From: an uncultured Candidatus Saccharibacteria bacterium
GTDB lineage: Bacteria > Patescibacteriota > Minisyncoccia > Phycocordibacterales > CAIZLB01
DNA: 64,000 nt
Direction of reading: 5' to 3'
Assembly: GCA_964520545.1 (NCBI GenBank)
Contig: CAZFOD010000001.1
Location: 57,969-121,968 of the forward strand
This document shows positions 27,476-36,997 of this stretch, piece by piece. Each line of letters starts with the position of its first letter. Positions within the stretch are counted from its first letter, which is position 1. A program made the position numbers and the translations under genes. The notes beneath the pieces were generated by a model. The model ran no database searches. It saw only the letters and a program-made list of their open reading frames with translations, and was not told the origin of the DNA.

Positions 27476-28234
27476 ATGAAAATTGCAGTGATTGGAGGAA
27501 CAGGGGGAATGGGACAATCTCTGATTCGTTTTTTTAATCTGCATGGTTTGAATGCCATTGCGGTAGGAAGGAAAACCTCAATCCCAAAGCAAATTCTTGA
27601 AAGTGCAGATGTCATCGTCATCTCAGTTCCATCGAATAGTATTTCCTACGCTGTAAATCTTTTGAAACCTTTAAAGCTTTCAAAGAAACTGATAGTAAGT
27701 TTGGGTTCAGTTATGTCAAAAGATGAAAAAGCCCTAAAGCCTTTGCGCTCTAAGATCCTGCATCTTCATCAGCTTTTTGGCCCAAATACCTTTCCGTACG
27801 ATGGTCAGAAGGTTATTGTATCTGGAAATGTTTCAAATCCGTACGCGAAGAAGCTCATATTACTGTTGAAGAAGAATAAGGTTCAAGTGATGAGTCTCAC
27901 AATTAAAGCACACGACTCCTTGATGTCTAAGATTCAAGCACTTTCACAGTTTTCAATAATTTCACTCGCGAAGACACTTTCTGAGGGAGGAGGTAACAAG
28001 AAAGATCTTCTCGCAGCGTCTACCGTTACTTTTGGTATGACTGCTAGGAATATTGAGCGTATTTTGGCTCAAAAGGCCGATTTGTGGGCTTTTCTTCAGT
28101 TTGAGAACCCATTTGTACTTAAATTATTAAAAGGACATTTAAATAATGTGCAGTTAATGATTAAAACGGCTAAGAATAAGGATTATAAGAAGTTTGAACA
28201 GATTTTTAATAAAACTGCGAAGTTTTGGAAATAA
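27476..28234 (+). CDS. tyrA: Prephenate dehydrogenase (TyrA family). Start at MKIAVIGGTGGMG, not the 394-aa run-on ORF
   Basis: N-terminal Rossmann GxGxxG, the PDH family, and AT-rich codon usage like the rest of the genome. Confidence 0.7.
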   Translation: MKIAVIGGTGGMGQSLIRFFNLHGLNAIAVGRKTSIPKQILESADVIVISVPSNSISYAVNLLKPLKLSKKLIVSLGSVMSKDEKALKPLRSKILHLHQLFGPNTFPYDGQKVIVSGNVSNPYAKKLILLLKKNKVQVMSLTIKAHDSLMSKIQALSQFSIISLAKTLSEGGGNKKDLLAASTVTFGMTARNIERILAQKADLWAFLQFENPFVLKLLKGHLNNVQLMIKTAKNKDYKKFEQIFNKTAKFWK

Positions 28235-28235
28235 A

Positions 28236-28520
28236 ATGGCTAATAATATGAATGAATTAGAGTTACTAAGACAAAAAATCAACCAGCTAGACGCGGAATT
28301 GTTAGATTTACTGGCACTCAGGGGCGGTTTGTCCCAAGAAGTGGCTGAATATAAGGCTAAAAATAGCCTTCCTATATACCAACCACAGAGAGAAGAGGAA
28401 CTTTTCTCAAGAATAAGGACGATGGCGGCAGAAAAGGGCTTAGATCCTGACTACATTGAGTCTATCTTCAGATTAATCATCGAAAACTCAAAAAAACTCC
28501 AACTTAAAACCATTGCCTAA
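28236..28520 (+). CDS. Chorismate mutase (AroQ class), 94 aa, coupled to tyrA
   Basis: LRQKINQLDAELLDLLALRGGLSQEVAEYK is a CM_2 helix-bundle signature. The ATG is 1 nt after the tyrA stop. Confidence 0.7.
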   Translation: MANNMNELELLRQKINQLDAELLDLLALRGGLSQEVAEYKAKNSLPIYQPQREEELFSRIRTMAAEKGLDPDYIESIFRLIIENSKKLQLKTIA

Positions 28521-28552
28521 AAGCCAATATTAAAGTGGCCTTTAAAATAATT

Positions 28553-28582
28553 TGACATTACTAGACTATTTGCTACTATCAC
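28553..28582 (+). promoter_or_regulatory. Sigma70-like promoter TTGACA-16-TACTAT upstream of tuf, giving a roughly 240-nt leader
   Basis: -35 TTGACA at 28553, -10 TACTAT at about 28575. Confidence 0.5.
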
Positions 28583-28823
28583 CAATACGCGTTTTCGCGT
28601 TTTTTTGTCAGGCATCTTGGCTCTCGTTTGGAAATACATTGAGGCGACATACATTGAGACCGGCGTGAGCCACTCTCAAACATCAAAGCCACTCTCTTTC
28701 ACAACACCGAGGACAAAGCACTGTCGACAAAATTTTATTCAAAAATAATTAAATTACGGCTTAGTTGCTAGCTATAAGGCAATCTCGCGCTCTTATAGGT
28801 GGTAACTACTCCGACCCAAACAT

Positions 28824-30023
28824 ATGGCAGAAGCAGCTGTTTTCGATCGATCAAAGCCTCACGTTAACGTGGGTACTATCGGTCACGTAGACCACGGAAA
28901 GACTACTCTTACCGCGGCTATTCTTAATGTTCTTCACCGAGCTGGTATGCAGGCAACCATCAAGGCTGTCGGCGATATCGACAAGGCTCCTGAAGAAAAG
29001 GCTCGAGGAATTACAATTTCTCTTTCACACAGCGAGTACGCTACAGCGACTCGTCACTATGCTCACATTGATGCCCCTGGTCACGCGGACTACATCAAGA
29101 ACATGATTACTGGTGCAGCTCAAATGGACGGTGCTATTCTCGTAGTAGCAGCAACAGACGGAGCAATGCCACAGACACGAGAACACGTTCTCTTGGCTAA
29201 GCAGGTTGGTGTGCCAAAGATGGTAGTTTTCCTCAACAAGTGCGATATGGTTGACGATGCTGATATGCTCGACCTTGTAGAAGCTGAAATTCGAGAACTT
29301 CTTTCAAAGAACGGTTTCGATGGCGACAACGCTCCAGTTATCCGAGGTTCAGCTCTTAAGGCTCTTGAAGCTTCAGGTGTAGACGATGAATGGTCAAAGA
29401 AGATTCTTGACCTTGTTAGCGCTCTCGACACATACATTCCAGTTCCAGTTCGAGAAACAGACAAGCCATTCCTTATGCCAATTGAAGACATCTTCTCTAT
29501 CGAAGGACGAGGTACTGTAGTAACAGGCCGAATCGAACGAGGTATCGTTAAGGTTGGTGAAGAAATCGAAATTGTAGGTCTTAAGGACACTGCAAAGACA
29601 ACTGTTACAGGTATTGAAATGTTCAACAAGCAGCTCAACGAGGGTATGGCTGGCGACAACGCTGGTATCCTTCTCCGAGGTTTGAAGAAAGAAGATCTTA
29701 CACGAGGTCAGGTTATTGCTAAGACAGGTACAGTTAAGCCACACACAGACTTCGAAGCAGAAGTGTACATCCTTAAAAAGGAAGAAGGTGGACGACACAC
29801 ACCATTCTTTACAGGTTACAAGCCACAGTTCTACGTTCGAACAACAGACGTTACTGGTGAGGTAACACTTAACGAAGGTGTTGAAATGGTTATGCCTGGT
29901 GACACTGTAACTTTCAAGGTAAAACTTACAGCTCCTATCGCTCTTGAAGACAAATTCCGATTTGCTATTCGAGAAGGTGGAAAGACAGTAGGTGCCGGTG
30001 TAGTAACTAAGATTGTTGCATAA
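28824..30023 (+). CDS. tuf: Elongation factor Tu
   Basis: [19 protein letters not shown] and SAL motifs. 399 aa. Confidence 0.97.
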   Translation: MAEAAVFDRSKPHVNVGTIGHVDHGKTTLTAAILNVLHRAGMQATIKAVGDIDKAPEEKARGITISLSHSEYATATRHYAHIDAPGHADYIKNMITGAAQMDGAILVVAATDGAMPQTREHVLLAKQVGVPKMVVFLNKCDMVDDADMLDLVEAEIRELLSKNGFDGDNAPVIRGSALKALEASGVDDEWSKKILDLVSALDTYIPVPVRETDKPFLMPIEDIFSIEGRGTVVTGRIERGIVKVGEEIEIVGLKDTAKTTVTGIEMFNKQLNEGMAGDNAGILLRGLKKEDLTRGQVIAKTGTVKPHTDFEAEVYILKKEEGGRHTPFFTGYKPQFYVRTTDVTGEVTLNEGVEMVMPGDTVTFKVKLTAPIALEDKFRFAIREGGKTVGAGVVTKIVA

Positions 30024-30048
30024 ACCCCAACACTAAATTATCGCCCCT

Positions 30049-30414
30049 ATGGCAACTAAAGAAGCTCCTAAAAAGAAAACAGCGGCAAAGACAAAAGATG
30101 CAGAAGCTTCATCGAAGCTTCGTATCCGAGTCCGAGCTTATGAGTCAAAGATTCTTGACGCTTCTGTAAAGCAGATCATGGACACAGCGCTTCGTTTCGA
30201 TGCGAAGGTCCTCGGTCCTATTCCACTTCCAACTGAGATCAAGAAATATACAGTTAATCGTTCAGCTTTCGTCTACAAAAATGCGCGAGAACAATTTGAG
30301 ATGAGAGTTCACAAGCGATTGCTCGATATTATCAATCCAGGTGCCAAAGTCATTGAATCTCTTACTAATCTAAGTCTTCCATCCGGCGTCAACATTGACG
30401 TGAAAATGATGTAA
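30049..30414 (+). CDS. rpsJ: 30S ribosomal protein S10 with a short K/A-rich N-terminal extension
   Basis: The S10 core, KLRIRVRAYESKILD.... Confidence 0.9.
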   Translation: MATKEAPKKKTAAKTKDAEASSKLRIRVRAYESKILDASVKQIMDTALRFDAKVLGPIPLPTEIKKYTVNRSAFVYKNAREQFEMRVHKRLLDIINPGAKVIESLTNLSLPSGVNIDVKMM

Positions 30415-30451
30415 TCATTTTCAAAGAAATTATCCTACTTAATCCACGGCC

Positions 30452-31051
30452 ATGAAATTTATCCTCGGTACTAAACAGAATATGACGCAGCTCTTCGACG
30501 ACGAGGGGAAGGTTCATCCTGTAACTGTCTTGAAGACGACACCTATTGTCGTTACTCAGGTCAAGACAAAGGATAAAGATGGTTACGAAGCGATCCAGGT
30601 AGGGTATGGTGAGAAGAGTGTTAAAAGAATCAACAAGCCTCAGCTTGGTCACTACAAAGACATGGGTAACTTCCAGTACCTAAAGGAGGTGGAAGGAACT
30701 TCAGCTCTTGCCGTTGGTGAAAAGGTTGAAAGTACTCTTGAGGCGGGTGACACAGTCACTGTCTCTGCAATATCTAAAGGAAAAGGTTTCCAAGGTGTTG
30801 TTAAGCGACATGGTTTTGCCGGAGGTCCACGATCTCACGGTCAGAAACATTCAGAACGAGAACCAGGTTCTATTGGTGCCGGTGGATACCAGCGTGTATT
30901 CAAAGGACGAAGAATGGCGGGACGAACTGGTGGTGATCGAGTAACGGTCAAAAATCTAGTGGTCGTAGCATTTGATCGAGAAACAGGAGAGCTCTTCGTA
31001 CGAGGTGCTATTCCTGGACGACGTGGCACATTAGTAGAAGTGCGCGGCTAA
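30452..31051 (+). CDS. rplC: 50S ribosomal protein L3
   Basis: L3 signature (GKGFQGVVKRHGF). Confidence 0.95.
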   Translation: MKFILGTKQNMTQLFDDEGKVHPVTVLKTTPIVVTQVKTKDKDGYEAIQVGYGEKSVKRINKPQLGHYKDMGNFQYLKEVEGTSALAVGEKVESTLEAGDTVTVSAISKGKGFQGVVKRHGFAGGPRSHGQKHSEREPGSIGAGGYQRVFKGRRMAGRTGGDRVTVKNLVVVAFDRETGELFVRGAIPGRRGTLVEVRG

Positions 31052-31074
31052 TCTTCCTATCTAATCCAACTATT

Positions 31075-31824
31075 ATGGCAACAACAAAAACAACAGAAAA
31101 GAAGGTAGCTGCTAAGAAAGAAAAAGTAGCAAAGGCTCCAAAGGCTACATCAGCTGACGCACTCGAGGCTAAGGTCTACGCTATTGATGGAAAATCAGCC
31201 GGAACAGTTTCACTTCCTACAGAGATCTTCGGACTAAATTGGAACGCTGACCTTGTTCATCAGGTAGTTACTTCAATGCGAACTGACGCTCGAACTCCTG
31301 TTGCTCACGCAAAGGACCGAGGTGATATTCGTGGAGGAGGTAAGAAGCCTTGGAAGCAAAAGGGAACAGGACGAGCTCGACACGGTTCATCACGATCTCC
31401 GATCTGGGTTGGTGGAGGTGTTGCGCACGGTCCTACTAACGAGCGAAATTTTGATCGAAAGATTAATAAGAAAGCAAAAGTGAAGGCTATCTTCACTATC
31501 CTTTCTCGAAAGTTCCGAGATGGAGAAGTTCTCTTCGTAAAAGAATTAGCACTTGCTGCTCCTAAAACTATTGATGCTAAGGCCGCTCTCCTTCAGATCG
31601 CTACTGCTTCTGGCGTTGAGATGCTCGCTAAGCGAAGAAACAATGCCGCATTCATCGTGTCTCCTGTTGTTGAAACAAACGCAAAGCGTGGTTTCCAGAA
31701 TATGAGTAACCTAGAGGTAAGCGAACTTCGAAATATTAACCCGCTTGCACTTCTACAGTACAAGTATGTATTGATTGCTTCTCCTGAAGCATCAATCGAT
31801 GTGCTTAAGGCTAAGATGAAATAA
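31075..31824 (+). CDS. rplD: 50S ribosomal protein L4 with a K/A-rich N-terminus
   Basis: L4 signature (GGGKKPWKQKGTGRAR). Confidence 0.95.
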   Translation: MATTKTTEKKVAAKKEKVAKAPKATSADALEAKVYAIDGKSAGTVSLPTEIFGLNWNADLVHQVVTSMRTDARTPVAHAKDRGDIRGGGKKPWKQKGTGRARHGSSRSPIWVGGGVAHGPTNERNFDRKINKKAKVKAIFTILSRKFRDGEVLFVKELALAAPKTIDAKAALLQIATASGVEMLAKRRNNAAFIVSPVVETNAKRGFQNMSNLEVSELRNINPLALLQYKYVLIASPEASIDVLKAKMK

Positions 31825-31849
31825 TTGCTGCAATATATAACGAACTATC

Positions 31850-32143
31850 ATGACAATTTCAACACAAAAACACAGCAATCAGGTCATCAAGAAGCCTCGC
31901 ATCACTGAGAAGGCTACGCTTTTAACTGATAAGAATCAGTATGTATTCGTAGTAGAGTCAGATGCTACAAAAGCGTCTGTTGCAAAAGCCATTGAACAGC
32001 TTTACAAAGTTAAGCCTGTCAGTGTAAACATGGTTAGAATTCCTGCAAAGAAAGTAATCGTTCGAGGCCGACAGGGAACAAAGTCAGCGATTAAGAAAGC
32101 ATACGTCTTTCTTAAAAAGGGCGATAAGATTGAGCTCGCGTAA
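31850..32143 (+). CDS. rplW: 50S ribosomal protein L23
   Basis: L23 family. Confidence 0.9.
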   Translation: MTISTQKHSNQVIKKPRITEKATLLTDKNQYVFVVESDATKASVAKAIEQLYKVKPVSVNMVRIPAKKVIVRGRQGTKSAIKKAYVFLKKGDKIELA

Positions 32144-32154
32144 ACCACACATAT

Positions 32155-32997
32155 ATGAAACGATATAAACCAACAAGCAAGTCACGAAGAAATATGATCA
32201 CCATCTCATACCGAGGTGTGATTACGACTAACGAGCCATACAAGCCTCTTACACATGGTTTTCAGCGATCAGTTGGACGAAACAACACTGGACGCATCAC
32301 CACTCGTCACAAGGGTGCTGGTAACAAACGAATGTATCGAGATATCGACTTTGTTTATGACAAAAAGGATATTCCTGCAAAGATTGTTAGCGTTGAATAC
32401 GATCCAAACCGAACAGCTTTCATTTCTTTGGTAAACTATGCTGATGGTGAAAAGCGATATGTAGTTCTCCCTAAGTCACTTAAGGTCGGTGATACATTTA
32501 TTGTCGGAGAAAAGGTAGAGATTAAGGCTGGTAACCGACTTCCTCTCCGAAACATCCCTGTAGGAACATTTATTTACAACATCGAGGTTAAACCTCTAGG
32601 TGGCGCTAAGCTCGCTCGATCAGCTGGAAACTATGCTGAAGTAGTAGCTCAGGACGAAGGCTTTACTCAGATTAAGATGCCTTCAACAGAAATACGAAAG
32701 ATAAAAGATACTGCATGGGCGTCAGTCGGTGAAGTTTCTAATGATGAGAACAGACTCCAGGCGTATGGTAAAGCTGGACGAAGTCGATGGAAGGGTATTC
32801 GACCAACTGTCCGAGGTACTGCTCAGAACCCAGTGGATCACCCACACGGAGGAGGAGAAGGCCGACAAGGACGAGGACGACGACGAGCAATCTCAGTTTA
32901 CGGAAAGCCTACTGGAAAGGGTCAGAAGTCTCGAACACCAAAGAAATATTCAAACAAGCTCATTGTCTCACGACGAAGAGTTGGAAAGGCAAGATAG
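32155..32997 (+). CDS. rplB: 50S ribosomal protein L2
   Basis: L2 signature (GGGEGR-rich C-terminus, HPHGGG). Confidence 0.95.
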   Translation: MKRYKPTSKSRRNMITISYRGVITTNEPYKPLTHGFQRSVGRNNTGRITTRHKGAGNKRMYRDIDFVYDKKDIPAKIVSVEYDPNRTAFISLVNYADGEKRYVVLPKSLKVGDTFIVGEKVEIKAGNRLPLRNIPVGTFIYNIEVKPLGGAKLARSAGNYAEVVAQDEGFTQIKMPSTEIRKIKDTAWASVGEVSNDENRLQAYGKAGRSRWKGIRPTVRGTAQNPVDHPHGGGEGRQGRGRRRAISVYGKPTGKGQKSRTPKKYSNKLIVSRRRVGKAR

Positions 32998-33003
32998 TTT
33001 CAA

Positions 33004-33030
33004 AAAGGCCCCCACAAGGGGCTTTTTTGT
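33004..33030 (+). terminator. Rho-independent terminator immediately after rplB (aaaggcccc-cacaa-ggggcttt plus T-run), interrupting the S10-spc cluster
   Basis: 9-bp stem plus TTTTTT. Confidence 0.7.
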
Positions 33031-33087
33031 TTCTTGTGACTTTCTGTGTTCACATTGTGTTGCACCGTGATAGAATTATTCATACAG

Positions 33088-33954
33088 ATGAATAAGAATA
33101 TTCTTGTTAAAACAATCTTGGTATTTTCAGGGATCGTCCTCCTTTCTTCAGCAGGGTATCAGGCCGCAAAAGGATATTCGAATCTTTTCCCTCCAGGGTT
33201 TATTGAGACTCTTCCGCCAATCCCAACTAATGATGAGATGAAGGATGAAAAGGATAAGAACAAGAAGAAGCCTCCTTTTAAAAAGACAAAACCTGCTTTG
33301 CGTGAGGATGAGGGAAAAATTACTGAAGACGAAAACTTCTCTGAAGAGAATAACCCAGCTCCTACAGAAGCTGAAAAGAAAGCTTTAGAAGACGCTTTGA
33401 ATGGCGGTGAAGACAAGGGAGGAGGTGGTGGTCAAGAGAAAAAGAATGACCCTAATAACCCCCCGGTACAAAAAGAGGAACCACCAAAGAAGAATTTTCC
33501 TCCTGAGAAGGATATAACAAAAGGGGGTAGTAAGAATGCTCGCGGTACTTCAAACCCAAAAAATCAGGGCGGTACACCTATTCCAAATACGCAAGTTCAT
33601 TTCTATTCATCAACGGAATCAGTTAATGATCCTGGCTCTAGGGCATCTAAAGGTGAGGGGAATAGATCTCTGACTCCTTTGGGTGCAGAAGGGAACGGGC
33701 CAGTATCGGCTGCTTCTAGCTACTACAAGCCAGGAACCAGGGGTACTATCGACATTAACGGTAAGAGGGTGGCATTTGAGGTGAGGGATAGCAATATTAG
33801 CCCTAAAACTGGTCGACCTGTAAACGACAGAATTAACAAGCCAAATTCAATCGAGATCTTCACGAGCCAGAAAAATCCCGGAAGTGGCTTAAGGACGTCG
33901 GGAAACATGACGATTACTCATAACGCAGGGGTTCGCCCGAATTATAGAAGATAA
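33088..33954 (+). CDS. Secreted protein: signal peptide, long K/E/P/G-rich low-complexity linker, and a C-terminal roughly 100-aa domain resembling microbial guanyl-RNases (RNase T1/Sa/barnase superfamily). Start trimmed to MNKNILV
   Basis: The N-terminal hydrophobic signal. C-terminal motifs PGTRGT (compare RNase Sa PGARTRGTRR), GKRVAFEVRD (compare T1 GADRVVFNEN), and MTITHNAGVRPN (compare T1 GVITHTGASGNN). Confidence 0.5.
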   Translation: MNKNILVKTILVFSGIVLLSSAGYQAAKGYSNLFPPGFIETLPPIPTNDEMKDEKDKNKKKPPFKKTKPALREDEGKITEDENFSEENNPAPTEAEKKALEDALNGGEDKGGGGGQEKKNDPNNPPVQKEEPPKKNFPPEKDITKGGSKNARGTSNPKNQGGTPIPNTQVHFYSSTESVNDPGSRASKGEGNRSLTPLGAEGNGPVSAASSYYKPGTRGTIDINGKRVAFEVRDSNISPKTGRPVNDRINKPNSIEIFTSQKNPGSGLRTSGNMTITHNAGVRPNYRR

Positions 33955-33958
33955 ATAT

Positions 33959-34648
33959 ATGACTATATATCAAAAGATATTTGCAGGGTTAGTAGGTGCT
34001 GTCCTCACTGTGGTTCTAATTATTGGCGCCCTATTTGTCTTGAATTCATATTTGGGGTTGAAATTAGAATATTCATGGACTCCTGATCACTCTAAGATTG
34101 AAACACCTTCACAAATATACGCGAAAGTAATTGAAGACCTTTCTCCAGAGGTAAACGGTACAACTACGGACTATGTTTTGAAATTTTATAACGGCGAGAA
34201 CGCTATAAGTAGCTACATTGCTGTACCTGTAGAAAGTTTGGTCGCAACAGGCGATGGAAAATTAGCCATCGCAATATATGACGGTAGTAGCGAGGAAAAT
34301 TTAAAGGCCACTTATATCGCTGAAGTAATTGAAGACGAGTCTGCGATGAGCGCGGCTAATAATAATCGTCGTCCACCATTTATCGGACCGATTGTGCCTA
34401 ATGGGGAAGTTTGTTTCTACAATAACGATTCAAAGATAGAAGAATGTGATAAGCGATACAGGTACACAATAGATTGGAGTCCTGACAATGATGATATTTT
34501 TCCGCCATGGCAAGAAGCTGAAGCGTTGGGACCTCTGTTATATATGGATGAATTTGCAGATACAGATGTGTATGTTCGCAAACACATCCCAATTGATATT
34601 CGTTTGATACCAGAAAGTGCCACCACTTTTACATTCGGTAGGCAATAA
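33959..34648 (+). CDS. Membrane-anchored protein (N-terminal TM helix, extracytoplasmic domain), 229 aa. Candidate partner or immunity protein of the upstream gene
   Basis: Starts 5 nt after the previous stop. Single N-terminal TM. No recognisable motif. Confidence 0.5.
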   Translation: MTIYQKIFAGLVGAVLTVVLIIGALFVLNSYLGLKLEYSWTPDHSKIETPSQIYAKVIEDLSPEVNGTTTDYVLKFYNGENAISSYIAVPVESLVATGDGKLAIAIYDGSSEENLKATYIAEVIEDESAMSAANNNRRPPFIGPIVPNGEVCFYNNDSKIEECDKRYRYTIDWSPDNDDIFPPWQEAEALGPLLYMDEFADTDVYVRKHIPIDIRLIPESATTFTFGRQ

Positions 34649-34810
34649 TACGGCTATACAGAGCCATATATGCAGGGCAAAGCCTTAATTGACTTTTCTC
34701 GGTAAATGGTGTATAGTTATGACTAGGAATAGATAGATTCTTTGAAAGAGAACTTTTTTTAACACTGTTGATTTGACTGATTTACTCAGACAAATCTGAT
34801 CAATAGTGTT

Positions 34811-35251
34811 ATGAAAAGAACCACCCAAAATACAGTGGCCACCTTTCGTGGCCTCATGGCGATTCTCATCGCCTTCGTTGTTATCGCAACCCCTTCAACT
34901 GGGTGTGCGAAAGAAAAAAACAAAAACCCTACAACCCTTGGTAACCTTGGCAGTGTCAACATTTACCGCATTGAGTCAGTAGTGCGGGAAGATGAAAACG
35001 GGGCAACCATTACCTACGTAACGCTTCAAGCAAACGGGTCATGGTCCAAGGAGCTGAAGAAAAGCGATGTCCCCTACGTTCAACACTTCAAGGGGCAGTA
35101 CTTCTCGGGAGTGAGCGCTCCCGAGGGGCTCATTACCCTGATGTTCTTCTCGGAGAACGACTCCAGTGCCTGTGACGCCGCCCTAAAGCAACGTCCTGAC
35201 AAGGGGGAAACGGTGCTCTGGATTCGGAAGGCCCTGATAAGCTCGAACTGA
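34811..35251 (+). CDS. Putative lipoprotein (signal peptide with lipobox STGC), 146 aa, GC-rich
   Basis: N-terminal signal plus Cys lipobox. Higher GC than flanks. Confidence 0.5.
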   Translation: MKRTTQNTVATFRGLMAILIAFVVIATPSTGCAKEKNKNPTTLGNLGSVNIYRIESVVREDENGATITYVTLQANGSWSKELKKSDVPYVQHFKGQYFSGVSAPEGLITLMFFSENDSSACDAALKQRPDKGETVLWIRKALISSN

Positions 35252-35308
35252 CGGGAATCCTTCAAGGAAATACACGATTGGCGGGGTTTAACCCCCTTCA
35301 GTTGTAAG

Positions 35309-35339
35309 GCGCGCAACCACCCCTGGTTGCGCGTTTTTC
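35309..35339 (+). terminator. Rho-independent terminator (gcgcaacca-cccc-tggttgcgc plus TTTTT) closing the inserted cassette
   Basis: 9-bp stem plus U-tract. Confidence 0.75.
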
Positions 35340-35345
35340 TTATAT

Positions 35346-35373
35346 TTGACAGGGTATTTTTTTCTGATAGTAT
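35346..35373 (+). promoter_or_regulatory. Sigma70-like promoter TTGACA-16-TAGTAT restarting the ribosomal cluster, followed by a roughly 130-nt structured leader (9-bp stem ctctgttgg/ccaacagag)
   Basis: -35 at 35346-35351, -10 at 35368-35373. The leader hairpin is at 35391-35447. Confidence 0.55.
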
Positions 35374-35506
35374 ACGAGGACAAGCTCTGTTGGGGCTATT
35401 ATTTTTCGCCAACGCGAAGGATAAACGAAAATACCAACAGAGAAGCGTCTCAAACCCGCTTTCCTAGGTTCCTCACGGAATCCGGTGACTTCGAAGACAC
35501 ACCAAC

Positions 35507-35854
35507 ATGACACGATCACTAAAGAAAGGACCATACGTTGAAGAGAAGCTCTTGAAGAAAATCGAGGGCAAAAAACCCACAGATACTGGGGTTATTAAGA
35601 CATGGTACCGACGAAGCCAGATCTCTCCGGAGATGGTAGGTTTCATTTTTGGTGTTCACAACGGTCGACAGCATGTTGAAGTACTTGTCTCAGAAGAAAT
35701 GGTAGGTCACCGACTTGGAGAATTCTCACCTACACGAAAGTTCATCCGACACGGAGGTAAGATGCAGAAAGAGCTCGATCAGGCTAAGAAAGACTCTGAA
35801 ATCGCATCAGCTAAGGCTGCAAAGACAGCCACAGATGCCGCTCCAAAGAAATAA
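35507..35854 (+). CDS. rpsS: 30S ribosomal protein S19 with an A/K-rich C-terminal tail
   Basis: S19 signature ([12 protein letters not shown]...HNGRQHV). Confidence 0.95.
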   Translation: MTRSLKKGPYVEEKLLKKIEGKKPTDTGVIKTWYRRSQISPEMVGFIFGVHNGRQHVEVLVSEEMVGHRLGEFSPTRKFIRHGGKMQKELDQAKKDSEIASAKAAKTATDAAPKK

Positions 35855-35863
35855 TTTTAATAT

Positions 35864-36244
35864 TTGACCATGAAAGCCGCGCTTAATAACTACCGACAGT
35901 CTCCTCGAAAGGTCCGCCGTGTTGCCGATCTTATGCGTGGTAAGTCAACGGCAGAAGCGCTTAAAACGCTTACTTTTACTACAAAGCGATCTATTTCACC
36001 TTTGAAGAAGCTTCTCGAAAGCGCTATTGCTAATGCAAAGAACGCCGGTATCGAGACAGAGAATCTTATTGTTAAAGAAGTACAGGTTAACAGCGGTGTG
36101 ACTCTCAAGCGAATCATGCCTCGAGCGATGGGTTCTGCTTCTCGAATTAACAAGCGATCAAGCCACATCACAATTGTTCTTGGCGAGAAAGCTGCAAAGA
36201 AGTCGAAGAAAAAGGTGGCTCCTAAGAAAATAACACAGAAATAA
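35864..36244 (+). CDS. rplV: 50S ribosomal protein L22
   Basis: L22 family. Confidence 0.9.
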   Translation: MTMKAALNNYRQSPRKVRRVADLMRGKSTAEALKTLTFTTKRSISPLKKLLESAIANAKNAGIETENLIVKEVQVNSGVTLKRIMPRAMGSASRINKRSSHITIVLGEKAAKKSKKKVAPKKITQK

Positions 36245-36245
36245 C

Positions 36246-36971
36246 ATGACACATCGCGTACATCCATTTGCACATCGATTGGGAATCATCAGAGACTGGA
36301 AGTCTCGAGGTTTCGCGATGCACAGCAAATATCGAAACAACCTTAAGACGGACATTCTCCTCCGAGAATGGCTCGAAAAGAAGTTGCGAGGTATGTACGT
36401 AGCTGATATTGAGACAGAGCGTAATGCTAAGTCTCTTCGTGTCATCATTAAGACATCTCGACCAGGTATGATCATTGGCCGAAGTGGTGAGGGTGCTACA
36501 AAACTCAAGAATGATATCGCTGCATTCGTTACAGATATCAAGAACAAATCTATCAAGCAGATTCAGATTAAATACAAGAACGATCCTGAAACTATCAAAT
36601 CTAAGATTGCTGAATTGCAGTCTGATATCAAGGTAGAAATTGATGAGGTTAAGTCTCCTGAATCAAGTTCTGCAATTGTCGCTCAGATGATTTCTGAGGG
36701 TCTTGAAAAGCGTATGCCTTTCCGACGAGTCATGAAGCAGATGGTAGATAAGGTTATGGCGTGCCGCGATGTGAAAGGGGTTCGACTCTTTCTTTCAGGA
36801 CGACTTGGCGGAGCTGAAATGGCTCGACGTGAAGATCTTAAGAAGGGACAGATTCCTCTTCAGACTTTCCGTGCTGATATCGATTACAAACACTACGAAG
36901 CTAATTTGCCTTACGGTAATATTGGTATCAAAGTGTGGATATATAAGGGCGATATCTTTGCAAAAAAATAA
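36246..36971 (+). CDS. rpsC: 30S ribosomal protein S3
   Basis: S3 KH and C-terminal domains. Confidence 0.95.
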   Translation: MTHRVHPFAHRLGIIRDWKSRGFAMHSKYRNNLKTDILLREWLEKKLRGMYVADIETERNAKSLRVIIKTSRPGMIIGRSGEGATKLKNDIAAFVTDIKNKSIKQIQIKYKNDPETIKSKIAELQSDIKVEIDEVKSPESSSAIVAQMISEGLEKRMPFRRVMKQMVDKVMACRDVKGVRLFLSGRLGGAEMARREDLKKGQIPLQTFRADIDYKHYEANLPYGNIGIKVWIYKGDIFAKK

Positions 36972-36997
36972 TTTATCTGTAGTCTAACGAAACCACC

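Noticed and set aside
29120-29798. Long antisense ORFs inside tuf (and similar antisense ORFs inside fusA, pilB, the big ATPase and the r-protein genes)
   Set aside because: They lie opposite highly conserved, confidently identified genes and are typical shadow ORFs.
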